Assembly: GCA_002269645.1 (NCBI GenBank)
Contig: NIVC01001834.1
Span: 124,001-188,000, forward strand
DNA from: Macrostomum lignano
Taxonomy: Eukaryota
Length of the DNA: 64,000 nt
Reading direction: 5' to 3'
The notes under the pieces: generated by a model
What the model was told of the DNA's origin: nothing
The model's input: the letters and a program-made list of their open reading frames with translations, nothing else
Databases searched by the model: none
Position numbers and translations under genes: made by a program
Shown: positions 12,262 through 25,134 of the stretch, piece after piece
How positions within the stretch are numbered: position 1 is the stretch's first letter
Layout of the letters: each line of letters begins with the position of its first letter

Positions 12262-13299
12262 CAATCTAGTACTAATAAACTGTTGATGCCGAGTGGCTCG
12301 CCTCTTAGCAACTTAGCGACTTTTATGAATCTCTTGAGAGCCAAAACGCGATCTATCGAGCGTTCTGTTTCATCAATCTGGATTCCTAAAACTGCCTATA
12401 GAGAGCTGGCTGATAGTAGAAAGTACAAGCTATGCCCACCCTGAACTTTCTTCCAACAACTCCCACTATTTTGGTGAGGAACAAAAATAAGTTCATCGAA
12501 GTTTGAAAGCTCTCAGCGACGCTTTCTTCCTTCTAGTTTTATCGTAATCTCTCACTCCTGCCCCAACCCTATAGCCTCTGGGGGTCGCCTCTTTCTCTTC
12601 TTTCACTCTCTAATGGACGCGCCCGGTCTGAGCCAGAGTGAATGGATCGGAAGAAGAGAGATGAAGGATGGCTTCAGCTGGATCGTGCAAAAAAGTTTGA
12701 GCGCAAGAGCGGGGGTGGACAGACAACCTTGCGTGTGTGTGGACTCTCTGAGGTTTTGGTTTGGGGATTCTGCATCAGTCATATTGGTCTTTTATCTGCT
12801 GCTGCAATACTGGAATAATATTGGCACAGAGCATGCAGCTTGATCACTAATGCACTGCTTGTCTACACGTATCACCTCTGAGATGCGCCTGCAGCGATAT
12901 GATTGTGCTGTGTTAGTTAGATTTTCCTCGGCTGATGAGGTTGTGCCCGTTCTGCATCAGCTTTGCGATTGGCTTGTCAACACCCTTGCAGAGTGCTTGG
13001 TTCTGCAGTGCCGCCCACTTCTCAGTTGATCCCTGTGCTGCTGATCTCTGTGCTCCTGACTGCTTTTTCTTGGGGGGGGGGGTCACATTACCTTTCTTTT
13101 GCCTAAACAGGTCTGTGGTCTGTAGGGTCTGTAGTCCAGTAACTGATCGGTAGAGTTTTGTTCTATTCTATAGAAGAGGCAAAATTTTTAGAGTAGTTCC
13201 AGGGGTGTCCTCCATGAGTTTTATGATGGGGGAAGGGGACTCGACCAGGAAATGTAAGCGAAAAGTTCCTATAATTTGTTCTTACTACTGTTTTGGCAC

Positions 13300-14130
13300 T
13301 ATTTTTGGCGCCGCAGACACTCATTTTGGCACCACATGCACTCATTTTTGGCACCACATGCACTCATTTTTGGCACCACATGCACTCATTTTTGGCACCA
13401 CATGCACTCATTTTGGCACCACATGCACTCATTTTGGCACCACATTCACTCATTTTGGCGCCACATGCACTCATTTTGGCACCACATTCACTCATTTTGG
13501 CGCCACATGCACTCATTTTGGCACCACATTCACTCATTTTGGCACCACAGGCACTCATTTTGGCACCACATGCACTCATTTTGGCACCACAGGCACTCAT
13601 TTTGGCACCACAGGCACTCATTTTGGCACCACAGGCACTCATTTTTGGCACCACATTCACTCATTTTGGCACCACAGGCACTCATTTTGGCACCACATGC
13701 ACTCATTTTTGGCACCACATGCGCTCACTTTGGCGCCACATGCACTCATTTTGGCACCACATGCACTCATTTTTGGCACCACATGCACTCATTTTGGCAC
13801 CACATGCACTCATTTTTGGCACCACATGCACTCACTTTGGCGCCACATGCACTCATTTTGGCACCACATGCACTCATTTTTGGCACCACATGCACTCACT
13901 TTGGCGCCACATGCACTCATTTTGGCACCACATGCACTCATTTTGGCACCACAGGCACTCATTTTTGCACCACATGCACTCATTTTGGCACCACATGCAC
14001 TCATTTTGGCACCACAGGCACTCATTTTTGCACCACATGCACTCATTTTGGCGCCGCAGACTGAACTTTGGTGCCACAGACTGCTTTCATTTTGGCGCCG
14101 CAGACTGAACTCATTTTGGCGCCGCAAACT
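13300..14130. repeat. 21/22-bp minisatellite CACTCATTTTGGCACCACATG
   Basis: Seen directly; it accounts for the overlapping repetitive ORFs. Confidence 0.95.
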
Positions 14131-14696
14131 GCACTAATTTATATCTACTACTCAGACAGCAACGACATTTAATTCGAAGAATTTTTTTCAGTTAAAAACT
14201 AAGAGAAATCGCGAAGTTCTGATAAACTCACTCCAGTGGCTCTGGTTCTAAAGCTTGTCCTTGGATAAGGATTAAAGGAGCAACTACTTGAAGAGGGGCG
14301 CACTTGAGAATCGACTGCGGCCGCTTCCCACTTATTCATTTAGCAACTTGGAGGCTTTGCTTTTGGCATGTTTCAGCCCGCCCACTCTCTCCTCTGATCG
14401 CGCAGACAGGACCTGTTCTGTCCAATTTTCTGGTGCCCCAGTGCTGTTGCTGTAATAACACGGATGAAAACTGGCTGTGGCTGCAGTGGCTTCTGTCTGA
14501 CGAATAGAAATAGTTTCGGCCCTAGGCGTACTTTTTATTATCCTTGGTTTTTCGCCCGGCCTGAGGGATTATTGATTGGTCGTTTGTCTTTTTCAGGATT
14601 AGTTGGGTCTATTAGTGTGATGGGAATAGTAGTACTTTCTAGCCTCGAGGGGTGTAAAAATAATGAGCCAGGCATAAGAAAGTAAGGATTTCGCGG

Positions 14697-17600
14697 CTCT
14701 GTAGATCAATATCGATTGACAGTTGGGGTCTGTAGATCAATATCGATTGATATTTGGGGTCTGTAGATCAATATCGATTGATATTTGGGGTCTGTAGATC
14801 AATATCGATTGATATTTGGGGTCTGTAGATCAATATCGATTGACAGTTGGGGTCTATAGATCAATATCGATTGATATTTGGGGTCTGTAGATCAATATCG
14901 ATTGACAGTTGGGGTCTGTAGATCAATATCGATTAACAGTTGGGGTCTGTAGATCAATATCGATTAACAGTTGGGGTCTGTAGATCAATATCGATTAACA
15001 GTTGGGGTCTGTAGATCAATATCGATTAACAGTTGGGGTCTGTAGATCAATATCGATTGACAGTTGGGGTCTATAGATCAATATCGATTGACAGTTAGGG
15101 TCTGTAGATCAATATCGATTAACAGTTAGGGTCTGTAGATCAATATCGATTAACAGTTGGGGTCTTTAGATCAATATCGATTGACAGTTGGGGTCTGTAG
15201 ATCAATATCGATTGACAGTTGGGGTCTGTAGATCAATATCGATTGACAGTTGGGGTCTGTAGATCAATATCGATTAACAGTTGGGGTCTGTAGATCAATA
15301 TCGATTGACAGTTGGGGTCTGTAGATCAATATCGATTGACAGTTGGGGTCTGTAGATCAATATCGATTGACAGTTAGGGTCTGTAGATCAATATCGATTG
15401 ACAGTTGGGGTCTGTAGATCAATATCGATTAACAGTTGGGGTCTGTAGATCAATATCGATTGACAGTTGGGGTCTATAGATCAATATCGATTGACAGTTG
15501 GGGTCTGTAGATCAATATCGATTGACAGTTGGGGTCTGTAGATCAATATCGATTGACAGTTGGGGTCTGTAGATCAATATCGATTGATATTTGGGGTCTG
15601 TAGATCAATATCGATTGACAGTTGGAGTCTGTAGATCAATATCGATTAACAGTTGGGGTCTGTAGATCAATATCGATTGACAGTTGGGGTCTGTAGATCA
15701 ATATCGATTGATATTTGGGGTCTGTAGATCAATATCGATTAACAGTTGGGGTCTGTAGATCAATATCGATTAACAGTTGGGGTCTGTAGATCAATATCGA
15801 TTGATAGTTAGGGTCTGTAGATCAATATCGATTGATATTTGGGGTCTGTAGATCAATATCGATTGACAGTTAGGGTCTGTAGATCAATATCGATTGATAT
15901 TTGGGGTCTGTAGATCAATATCGATTGATATTTGGGGTCTGTAGATCAATATCGATTAACAGTTGGGGTCTGTACCGTAGATCAATATCGATTGACGGTT
16001 GGGGTCTGTAGATCAATATCGATTGACAGTTAGGGTCTGTAGATCAATATCGATTGATATTTGGGGTCTGTAGATCAATATCGATTGACAGTTAGGGTCT
16101 GTAGATCAATATCGACTGACAGTTGGGGTCTGTAGATCAATATCGATTGACGGTTGGGGTCTGTAGATCAATATCGACTGACAGTTGGGGTCTGTAGATC
16201 AATATCGATTGACAGTTGGAGTCTGTAGATCAATATCGATTAACAGTTGGGGTCTGTAGATCAATATCGATTAACAGTTGGGGTCTGTAGATCAATATCG
16301 ATTGACAGTTGGGGTCTGTAGATCAATATCGATTAACAGTTGGGGTCTGTAGATCAATATCGATTGATATTTGGGGTCTGTAGATCAATATCGATTGATA
16401 TTTGGGGTCTGTAGATCAATATCGACTGACAGTTGGGGTCTATAGATCAATATCGATTGATATTTGGGGTCTGTAGATCAATATCGAATGACAGTTGGGG
16501 TCTGTAGATCAATATCGATTGACAGTTGGGGTCTGTAGATCAATATCGATTGATAGTTAGGGTCTGTAGATCAATATCGATTGATATTTGGGGTCTGTAG
16601 ATCAATATCGATTGACAGTTAGGGTCTGTAGATCAATATCGATTGATATTTGGGGTCTGTAGATCAATATCGATTGATATTTGGGGTCTGTAGATCAATA
16701 TCGATTAACAGTTGGGGTCTGTAGATCAATATCGATTGACAGTTGGGGTCTGTAGATCAATATCGATTGACAGTTGGGGTCTGTAGATCAATATCGATTA
16801 ACAGTTGGGGTCTGTAGATCAATATCGATTAACAGTTGGGGTCTGTAGATCAATATCGATTGATATTTGGGGTCTGTAGATCAATATCGATTGACAGTTG
16901 GGGTCTGTAGATCAATATCGATTGATAGTTAGGGTCTGTAGATCAATATCGATTAACAGTTGGGGTCTGTAGATCAATATCGATTAACAGTTGGGGTCTG
17001 TAGATCAATATCGATTGACAGTTGGGGTCTGTAGATCAATATCGATTAACAGTTGGGGTCTGTAGATCAATATCGATTGATATTTGGGGTCTGTAGATCA
17101 ATATCGATTGACAGTTAGGGTCTGTAGATCAATATCGACTGACAGTTGGGGTCTATAGATCAATATCGATTGATATTTGGGGTCTGTAGATCAATATCGA
17201 ATGACAGTTGGGGTCTGTAGATCAATATCGACTGACAGTTGGGGTCTGTAGATCAATATCGATTGACAGTTGGAGTCTGTAGATCAATATCGATTGACAG
17301 TGTGGGTCTGTAGATCAATATCGATTGATATTTGGGGTCTGTAGATCAATATCGATTGACAGTTAGGGTCTGTAGATCAATATCGATTAACAGTTGGGGT
17401 CTGTAGATCAATATCGATTAACAGTTGGGGTCTGTAGATCAATATCGATTAACAGTTGGGGTCTGTAGATCAATATCGATTAACAGTTGGGGTCTGTAGA
17501 TCAATATCGATTGACAGTTGGAGTCTGTAGATCAATATCGATTGATATTTGGGGTCTGTAGATCAATATCGATTGACAGTTAGGGTCTGTAGATCAATAT

Positions 17601-17969
17601 CGATTGATATTTGGGGTCTGTAGATCAATATCGATTGACAGTTGGGGTCTGTAGATCAATATCGACTGACAGTTGGGGTCTGTAGATCAATATCGATTGA
17701 CGGTTGGGGTCTGTAGATCAATATCGACTGACAGTTGGGGTCTGTAGATCAATATCGATTGACAGTTGGAGTCTGTAGATCAATATCGATTGACAGTTGG
17801 AGTCTGTAGATCAATATCGATTGATATTTGGGGTCTGTAGATCAATATCGATTGACAGTTGGAGTCTGTAGATCAATATCGATTGATATTTGGGGTCTGT
17901 AGATCAATATCGATTGACAGTTGGAGTCTGTAGATCGATATCGATTGATATTTGGGGTCTGTAGATCAA
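14697..17969. repeat. 31-bp satellite GTAGATCAATATCGATTGACAGTTGGGGTCT, about 105 copies
   Basis: Period of 31 (14701, 14732, ...). Confidence 0.97.
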
Positions 17970-18404
17970 ACCGCATTTATACTTGTTCACGGTGACAACC
18001 AGGCGATCACATGTCGATCACGCACTTATCTGCTCCACTCGTGCAGACAGCTCAGTGCCTGGATGTGACTGCTGAGTACAATATCTGCCTTCAGTAAACA
18101 TACCAATCGATTAAATATTCACAAGCTTAGAATTATGTATTCCTGCGCAAAAAGGTGGTATTCCCCAGGGTGAACGGTAGGACCTTCCTGGTAGCTTCCA
18201 GGCTAACCACTCTAATTAATAATCCTTCGTCATCGCATTCGATGCAATTCACTTTCCGACTGTTAATGTGTTTTGTGAGTGCGTGTTGTAGACAGTTCCG
18301 AACTCTGAACAGACTTTGCTCATGCTTTTTTCTTTCTCTTTGCAATCTGCCAATGCTACTTCTAGCGTCAAAAACTCCCTTTTTAAGACGGCTTTTATGC
18401 TGTT

Positions 18405-19275
18405 ATCTGCCAGCCCTGTCAGCCTCTATCTGCCAGTACTGTCGCCCTCTATCTGCCAGTCCTGTCAGCCTCTATCTGCCAGTCCTATCACCCTCTATCT
18501 GCCATTTCTGTCACCCTCTATCTGCTAGTCCTGTCACCCTCTATCTGCCAGTCCTATCACCCTCTATCTGCCATTTCTGTCACCCTCTATCTGCTAGTCC
18601 TGTCACCCTCTATCTGCCAGTCCTGTCACCCTCTATCTGCCAGTCCTGTCACCCTCTATCTGCCATTTCTGTCAGCCTCTATCTGCCAGTCCTATCACCC
18701 TCTATCTGCCAGTCCTATCACCCTCTATCTGCCATTTCTGTCACCCTTTATCTGCCATTTCTGTCAGCCTCTATCTGCCAGTCCTATCACCCTCTATCTG
18801 CCAGTCCTGTCAGCCTCTATCTGCTAGTCCTGTCACCCTCTATCTGCCATTTCTGTCAGCCTCTATCTGCCAGTCCTGTCACCCTCTATCTGCCAGTCCT
18901 ATCACCCTCTATCTGCCAGTCCTGTCACCCTCTATCTGCCATTTCTGTCACCCTTTATCTGCCATTTCTGTCAGCCTCTATCTGCCAGTCCTATCACCCT
19001 CTATCTGCCAGTCCTGTCAGCCTCTATCTGCCAGTCCTGTCAGCCTCTATCTGCCAGTCCTGTCACCCTCTATCTGCCATTTCTGTCAGCCTCAATCTGC
19101 CAGTCCTGTCAGCCTCTATCTGCCAGTCCTGTCAGCCTCTATCTTCCAGTCCTGTCAGCCTCTATCTGCCATTTCTGTCAGCCTCTATCTGCCAGTCCTG
19201 TCAGCCTCTATCTGCCAGTCCTGTCAGCCTCTATCTGCCAGTCCTGTCACCCTCTACCTGCCAGTCCTGTCACCC
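18405..19275. repeat. 23-bp minisatellite CTCTATCTGCCAGTCCTGTCACC
   Basis: Seen directly. Confidence 0.95.
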
Positions 19276-19920
19276 CCTGTTAACCACCTCTCCCCGTGAT
19301 GACACAAAATCCCACAATTAGCACATATTGTTCCTAATAGTTTGTGCCAATCAAGTCTGTCTGTCTGTCTGTCTGTCTGCCTCCCGCCAGCAAAGAACCG
19401 ACAGCCCCGACACCTTGAGCAGTTTTTTTTTCGTCAGCTAATGCAATTCTGAGTCTACTCGAACGAATACTTTTTAAGGACAGAAAATGATTCTCAAAGA
19501 ACGCTCTGCTCTGGACTTGAGAAGCTCTTAGCTGCAGCGCTGAATAGAGATGAAAACTAGTGAGGGCCTCGGGCTCAGTTGCTGCTACTATAGAAGACAC
19601 TGAAGCCAAGATACAGCTAGGCATGTTTTACCTCCGTCTGTAACTTTCCCGCATCATCCATTCTCCCGGCTGAGTGACTCCGCCTGCCGCTTGAGACGCG
19701 AAGAGAGAAAAGACGCGGAAGTAACTGGGTGAGACAGAGACAGCACTGCTGGGTTCCGTGCACCTGAGCGCTGGGGGCTGGCACTGCCACTGAGGCCGGG
19801 GTGGGAGGAGATGAGGAAAGAGTAGTGGCTTCATACATCCGGGATGGGCAATGCCGGGAGACAAAATTAGTATTATGTAAGTACGGGGCAGAGCACTGGT
19901 GCTTGAAGATATTACATAGT

Positions 19921-20126
<206 letters not shown>

Positions 20127-20724
20127 CATTCATATCTGTTGGCACGCGAATGAGAATAAATTGTGCTATTAGCTAGCTATTCAGCCTTTTTACTGCTACT
20201 AATGTGCTTATCGATTTATATCAGTAGTCTACTACGAGCAATGATCGTGTGATGAAAAAAGTTGTTTTTCCTTGTTTTGATTCTAAATCCTCTTCCTTCA
20301 GTGTACATTGACCAGATTCCCCGTGTGTACATGAGTCTATAATTAGAAAACTAAAAATCAAGGAGGGTTTTCTTTAGTTAAACTTCTCTCCCTCTATGTA
20401 CATTGGCCGGAAATACCACTGTGTACATGTATCTATAATTAGAAACTGGGTTCTCCCAGAGAAATGACCGGACAAGCTTTATGACAAGCTGTGGAAGTGA
20501 AACAATCGATCTTTGTGAAAATACCTTTGAGAAGTAGAATAATAAGCCAACCTCTTCTTACATTTTTAATGAACATTTTCCTGGAATTCTACTGTGTACA
20601 CAACATGGGTTGGTTATCTGGAGCTTTCTTGCAGTCTAACAACCTTACAAGCTGGAACTCCAATAAATGTACATTTTTCCCGGGTTGACTGTTTTGGGTA
20701 AAGATTTGTAGTCAAAAACTCCTT

Positions 20725-21948
20725 TTAAACCGCTGAGGTCAAGTTTTCGTCGATCTCAGCCATCGAAGCATCATCCCCTGCTGCCCCCGCCCCCGGTGAC
20801 TCATCGGTCTGTCGCCGCTGCTGCTGCGACTGCCACCGGCTAGAAGCAGACCCGCCGCCCCGCCTTATGGACTTGTTCTTCCGCTTCGAGTGCATCACGG
20901 CGGCCAGCAGGCTCAGGCCCGACTCCAGCTTGGCTTCGTCGCGCTTTCTAGCAAACCGGCGCATCAGAATCTCGATTGGCGCCCTGGCGAACAGGCAGCT
21001 GATGCAGAGGAAGATCGACTGCAGCGCGTGCAGCATGTAGTGCGCGTACCACAGGCTGAGCCCGTCGCAGGCGGGGTTGAGCAGCAGGCCCAGCAGAGCG
21101 CTCAGCCATACAATTCCGCTTGAGACGGCGAATTTGCTCAACAGTAGAAAACTATTAATTGAGGCCCGGGTTCGATTCGACAGTCGACGCTCTTCAACCA
21201 TTGAGTCGACTATTCGACTGAGCTGCAGCAGCGGCCACAGGTGCAGGGCGTACAGCAGTAGCGCCGGGCTGGCCAGCAGGCAGGTGTACGCGCCGATCAC
21301 CGGGCCGGATTTAGACGAGCAGTTCCTGTCGCGGTACACGAAGATCAGGCTGACCCGAGCATAGCCGGGATCCAGGCTGCTCAGCAGCGACCAGACTCGG
21401 GAAGAAGCGATCGTGGCGTTGCTGACTCGAGCGCTCCAGTTTCCATGGCTCCGAGCGGACTGGCCGCTGCTGTACACCGTGGCGAACAGGCCGAGCCCCA
21501 CCAGCAGGCCGGCGAGCAGGCCGCACAGCGCCAGACAGCGGACGAATCTCCGACAGCTCAACACCCGGATGAGAGCCTGGCGCCTCGCCTGGCGCCGCTC
21601 CTCGCGCCACAGAGTGAGCGCAGAGGCCAGGCTGAAGGCGGCTGCGAACAGCTGGCACAGGTGCGCGCCGGCGCCACTCAGCCCCAGAGCGATGGGCGAC
21701 GCAGACTGATCTCGCAGCCGCTCGATGCCTCCGGCCAGAAGCTGCAGGAAGTTGCCAACCAGGTGCACAGTCAGCAGGGTCATCACGTAGCGGCCATACA
21801 GAGCCCGCATCTCCGGGATGCAGGCTGCCAGGCCCCAGTGAATGCCCAGGGCGATCAGCGACACCGCCAGGCTGATGATGGGCAGCGGCACGAGGCCCTC
21901 GTCGGTGAAGACGGCGCCAGAGCTGCCGCCGACAACCCCCGCGCTCAT
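20725..21948 (-). CDS. Methuselah-like (family B-type) 7TM receptor, 407 aa, single coding exon, no ectodomain visible
   Basis: GC-rich ORF with about 7 hydrophobic segments. ISLAVSLIAL..IPEMRALYGRYVM resembles Mth TM1/ICL1, FLLLSKFAVSSGIVW resembles TM6, and LWYAHYMLHALQSIFL resembles TM7 (N/H-x-LQG). Confidence 0.75.
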   Translation of the reverse strand: MSAGVVGGSSGAVFTDEGLVPLPIISLAVSLIALGIHWGLAACIPEMRALYGRYVMTLLTVHLVGNFLQLLAGGIERLRDQSASPIALGLSGAGAHLCQLFAAAFSLASALTLWREERRQARRQALIRVLSCRRFVRCLALCGLLAGLLVGLGLFATVYSSGQSARSHGNWSARVSNATIASSRVWSLLSSLDPGYARVSLIFVYRDRNCSSKSGPVIGAYTCLLASPALLLYALHLWPLLQLSRIVDSMVEERRLSNRTRASINSFLLLSKFAVSSGIVWLSALLGLLLNPACDGLSLWYAHYMLHALQSIFLCISCLFARAPIEILMRRFARKRDEAKLESGLSLLAAVMHSKRKNKSIRRGGGSASSRWQSQQQRRQTDESPGAGAAGDDASMAEIDENLTSAV

Positions 21949-22303
21949 GGCCTACACAGCTGTTGCAGACTTATTGCAGCTTATCCGATAGCACTTGGGC
22001 GGTCTGTTTGATCTTCTTCTTTTTTTTATGATGCGACAATCCTGAGCAGCTGTTGTCAAGCTAGTGGACTCCCTGCACTGCTGGGCCGGCCCTGTGTTAT
22101 AAGGACTGTCTGTAGTTTTTCTCCCCTGCATGTTTCCTCCCTTCTCTTAGGTGTCTCTGATTGGTTGAGAGTCCGTGTGTAGTAGGGGAAGACTGCAGAT
22201 AGATGGGATGAGGCTACACAACCGGTTATTGGGCGGGGGCACTTCTATAGAAAAAAAAAGGAATCTGGAATTGAAGAGTGACTTTTTAATATGAGTTCGA
22301 CCT

Positions 22304-22742
22304 TCAGGCACCGGTTTCCACTTCAGGCACTTGTTTCCACTTCAGGCACCGGTTTCCACTTCAGGCACCGGTTTCCACTTCAGGCACTTGTTTCCACTTC
22401 AGGCACCGGTTTCCACTTCAGACACCGGTTTCCACTTCAGGCACCGGTTTCCACTTCAGGCACCGGTTTCCACTTCAGGCACTTGTTTCCACTTCAGGCA
22501 CCGGTTTCCACTTCAGGCACTTGTTTCCACTTCAGGCACCGGTTTCCACTTCAGACACCGGTTTCCACTTCAGGCACCGGTTTCCACTTCAGGCACCGGT
22601 TTCCACTTCAGGCACTTGTTTCCACTTCAGGCACCGGTTTCCACTTCAGGCACTTGTTTCCACTTCAGGCACCGGTTTCCACTTCAGTCACCGGTTTTCA
22701 CTTCAGACACCGGTTTCCACTTCAGGCACCGGGTTTCACTTA
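22304..22742. repeat. 19-bp minisatellite TTCAGGCACCGGTTTCCAC
   Basis: Seen directly. Confidence 0.95.
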
Positions 22743-23124
22743 AGCTACAAATTTCCACCTCAGCTACAGATCTCAGCCGCTACAGATGTTTTTATTCAGA
22801 GCTCCACGGATGCAGAGATGCGAGAGCAATTTCTGTAGCATCCCACGCAGCAGGCGACACTGGACGTGCTGTGCTTGCATAATGAATGCATCCGACTCAC
22901 AGATAGACAGGGAGACAGAATCCAGAAGCTCACGGGCCAAAACGCCTCTTCAATTATTAAAAAGCGCTGGGAATCACGCCTGATACCCGCGGCGAGGTCA
23001 GATGGAAATGGCCCCCGGCGTCTGGCCTGGAGGCAATTTATGCCGCGGCTAATGATATTAGAGCTTTTTCATTTTCCCTATGTCATAACTCGTGAAACTG
23101 ACTGAATTGCATTTAATACTCCCA

Positions 23125-23915
23125 CCAACTAGCTCAGCAACCAACCAGCTCAGCTTTCAACCAGCTCAGCTACCAACCAGCTCAGCTACCAACCAGCTCA
23201 GCTATCAACCAGCTCAGCTACCAACCAGCTCAGCTACCAACCAGCTCAGCTATCAACCAGCTCAGCTATCAACCAGCTCAGCTACCAACACACTCAGCTA
23301 CCAACCAGCTCAGCTACCAACCAGCTCAGCAACCAACCAGCTCAGCTACCAACCAGCTCAGCTATCAACCAGCTCAGCTATCAACCAGCTCAGCTACCAA
23401 CACACTCAGCTACCAACCAGCTCAGCTATCAACCAGCTCAGCTACCAACCAGCTCAGCTACCAACCAGCTCAGCTACCAACCAGCTCAGCTACCAACCAG
23501 CTCAGTTATCAACCAGCTCAGCTACCAACCAGCTCAGCTATCAACCAGCTCAGCTACCAACCAGCTCAGTTATCAACCAGCTCAGCTACCAACCAGCTCA
23601 GCTACCAACCAGCTCAGCTACCAACCAGCTCAGCTACCAACCAGCTCAGTTATCAACCAGCTCAGCTACCAACCAGCTCAGCTACCAACCAGCTCAGCTA
23701 CCAACCAGCTCAGCTACCAACACACTCAGCTACCAACCAGCTCAGCTACCAACCAGCTCAGCTACCAACACACTCAGCTACCAACACACTCAGCTACCAA
23801 CACACTCAGCTGCCAACACACTCAGCTACCAACACACTCAGCTACCAACACACTCAGCTACCAACACACTCAGCTACCAATACATGCAGTTACCAACCAG
23901 CTCAGCTACCAAGAA
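23125..23915. repeat. 16-bp minisatellite CCAGCTCAGCTACCAA
   Basis: Seen directly. Confidence 0.95.
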
Positions 23916-24367
23916 CTCATAATTTAACAGACTTAGTCGGTACTCTACCCATGCAGTCAATATGTTCGCGTGAATGATCGCATCAATTTACACATGTTAA
24001 TGTGCACTCTATCTTGCGAATCAAATGACAGACAAGAGCAGATAATCAGCAGAATGCTGTTTTTGTCTGCTTGATTGGGACACCATAAGTGAAGCACTGC
24101 TCTTCACTTTGGCAATAACGAAGCAGCACCTAATTAACTAAGCCTAAGCTGTTTGGGGATTACCACCGAAATTACTTCCCAAATTTTCTAGGTTCAGAGG
24201 TGCAGTACAAAATGTACTTTAAGTACGACTATAGGCTATAGCTTAAAGTATAACGGCTTCACTCCTTTGATCCCCTGAGCAGTCACACTCTCACACAGGG
24301 TGTACAGCAGGCATGAATATCTCCTTCGTCCGGCATGTACATTTACATTCTCAGCGCCTTGTGGTCA

Positions 24368-24692
24368 TCACACAGGTTGGCGCCAGTGTCACACAGGTTG
24401 GCGCCAATGTCACACGGGTAGGCTCCAGTGTCACACGGGTTGACGCCAGTGCTACACAGGTTGGCGCCAGTGTCACACGGGTTGGCTCCAGTGTCAAACG
24501 GGTTGGCGCCAATGTCACACAGGTTTGGCGCCACTGTCACACGGGTTGGCGCCACTGTCGCACAGGTTGGCGCCAATGTCACACAGGTTGGCGCCAATGT
24601 CGCACAGGTTGGCGCCACTGTCACACAGGTTGGCGCCACTGTCACACAGGTTGGCGCCAGTGTAACACGGGTTGGCGCGACTGTCACACAGG
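24368..24692. repeat. 21-bp minisatellite GTCACACAGGTTGGCGCCAAT
   Basis: Seen directly. Confidence 0.9.
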
Positions 24693-25134
24693 TCCTCTTT
24701 AGCTTCTAAAAGAAACTACTCGACAACACCGGACGCCCCAAAACCTGCCTGCTGCTGCATGTTGGTCATGCATACAGCAGATTGCTCATCAAACATTACC
24801 TTTCGCCTGCATGCTCTGCTGCTATAAATGGGAAAAATGGGATAAATTTTTAGAGGAAGGGGAAAGGGGTTAGAACGACACAAGCCAGCTGCACCGGATT
24901 GCCTGTGATCCCAAATCCCATAATCTGAACTTCCTTTAAAGTAGACAAAGAATAATTCAGGAACTAGCATTGCTGTGTGATTTTGATCAGCCCAGCTTCT
25001 GTAATGGCGCTTCAGAAACTGATAGATTCTTCATCCATGACTGCACTGGAGGGTTGAAAGCTCTTTGAGTTTCATGCTCAAGTGCTTCGGTTTCATTTCT
25101 ATCAAAGTCATTCGATTGAATATGATACTGCGTT

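Noticed and set aside
11741-12480. Minus-strand peptides AVLGIQIDETERSIDRVLALKRFIKVAKLL.. and a 91-codon open stretch, faintly like RasGEF or DIRS-type RT
   Set aside because: The frames do not join across the minisatellite, there are in-frame stops upstream, and both resemblances are too weak without a profile search.
14697-17969. CRISPR-like appearance of regular ~30-bp repeats (also at 28998-29672 and 56610-57062)
   Set aside because: The units are contiguous with no unique spacers, no cas genes are present and the context is eukaryotic.
20890-22011. Plus-strand ORFs overlapping the GPCR, and similar antisense ORFs over FAM76 and MRPS30
   Set aside because: Shadow ORFs of GC-rich coding sequence.
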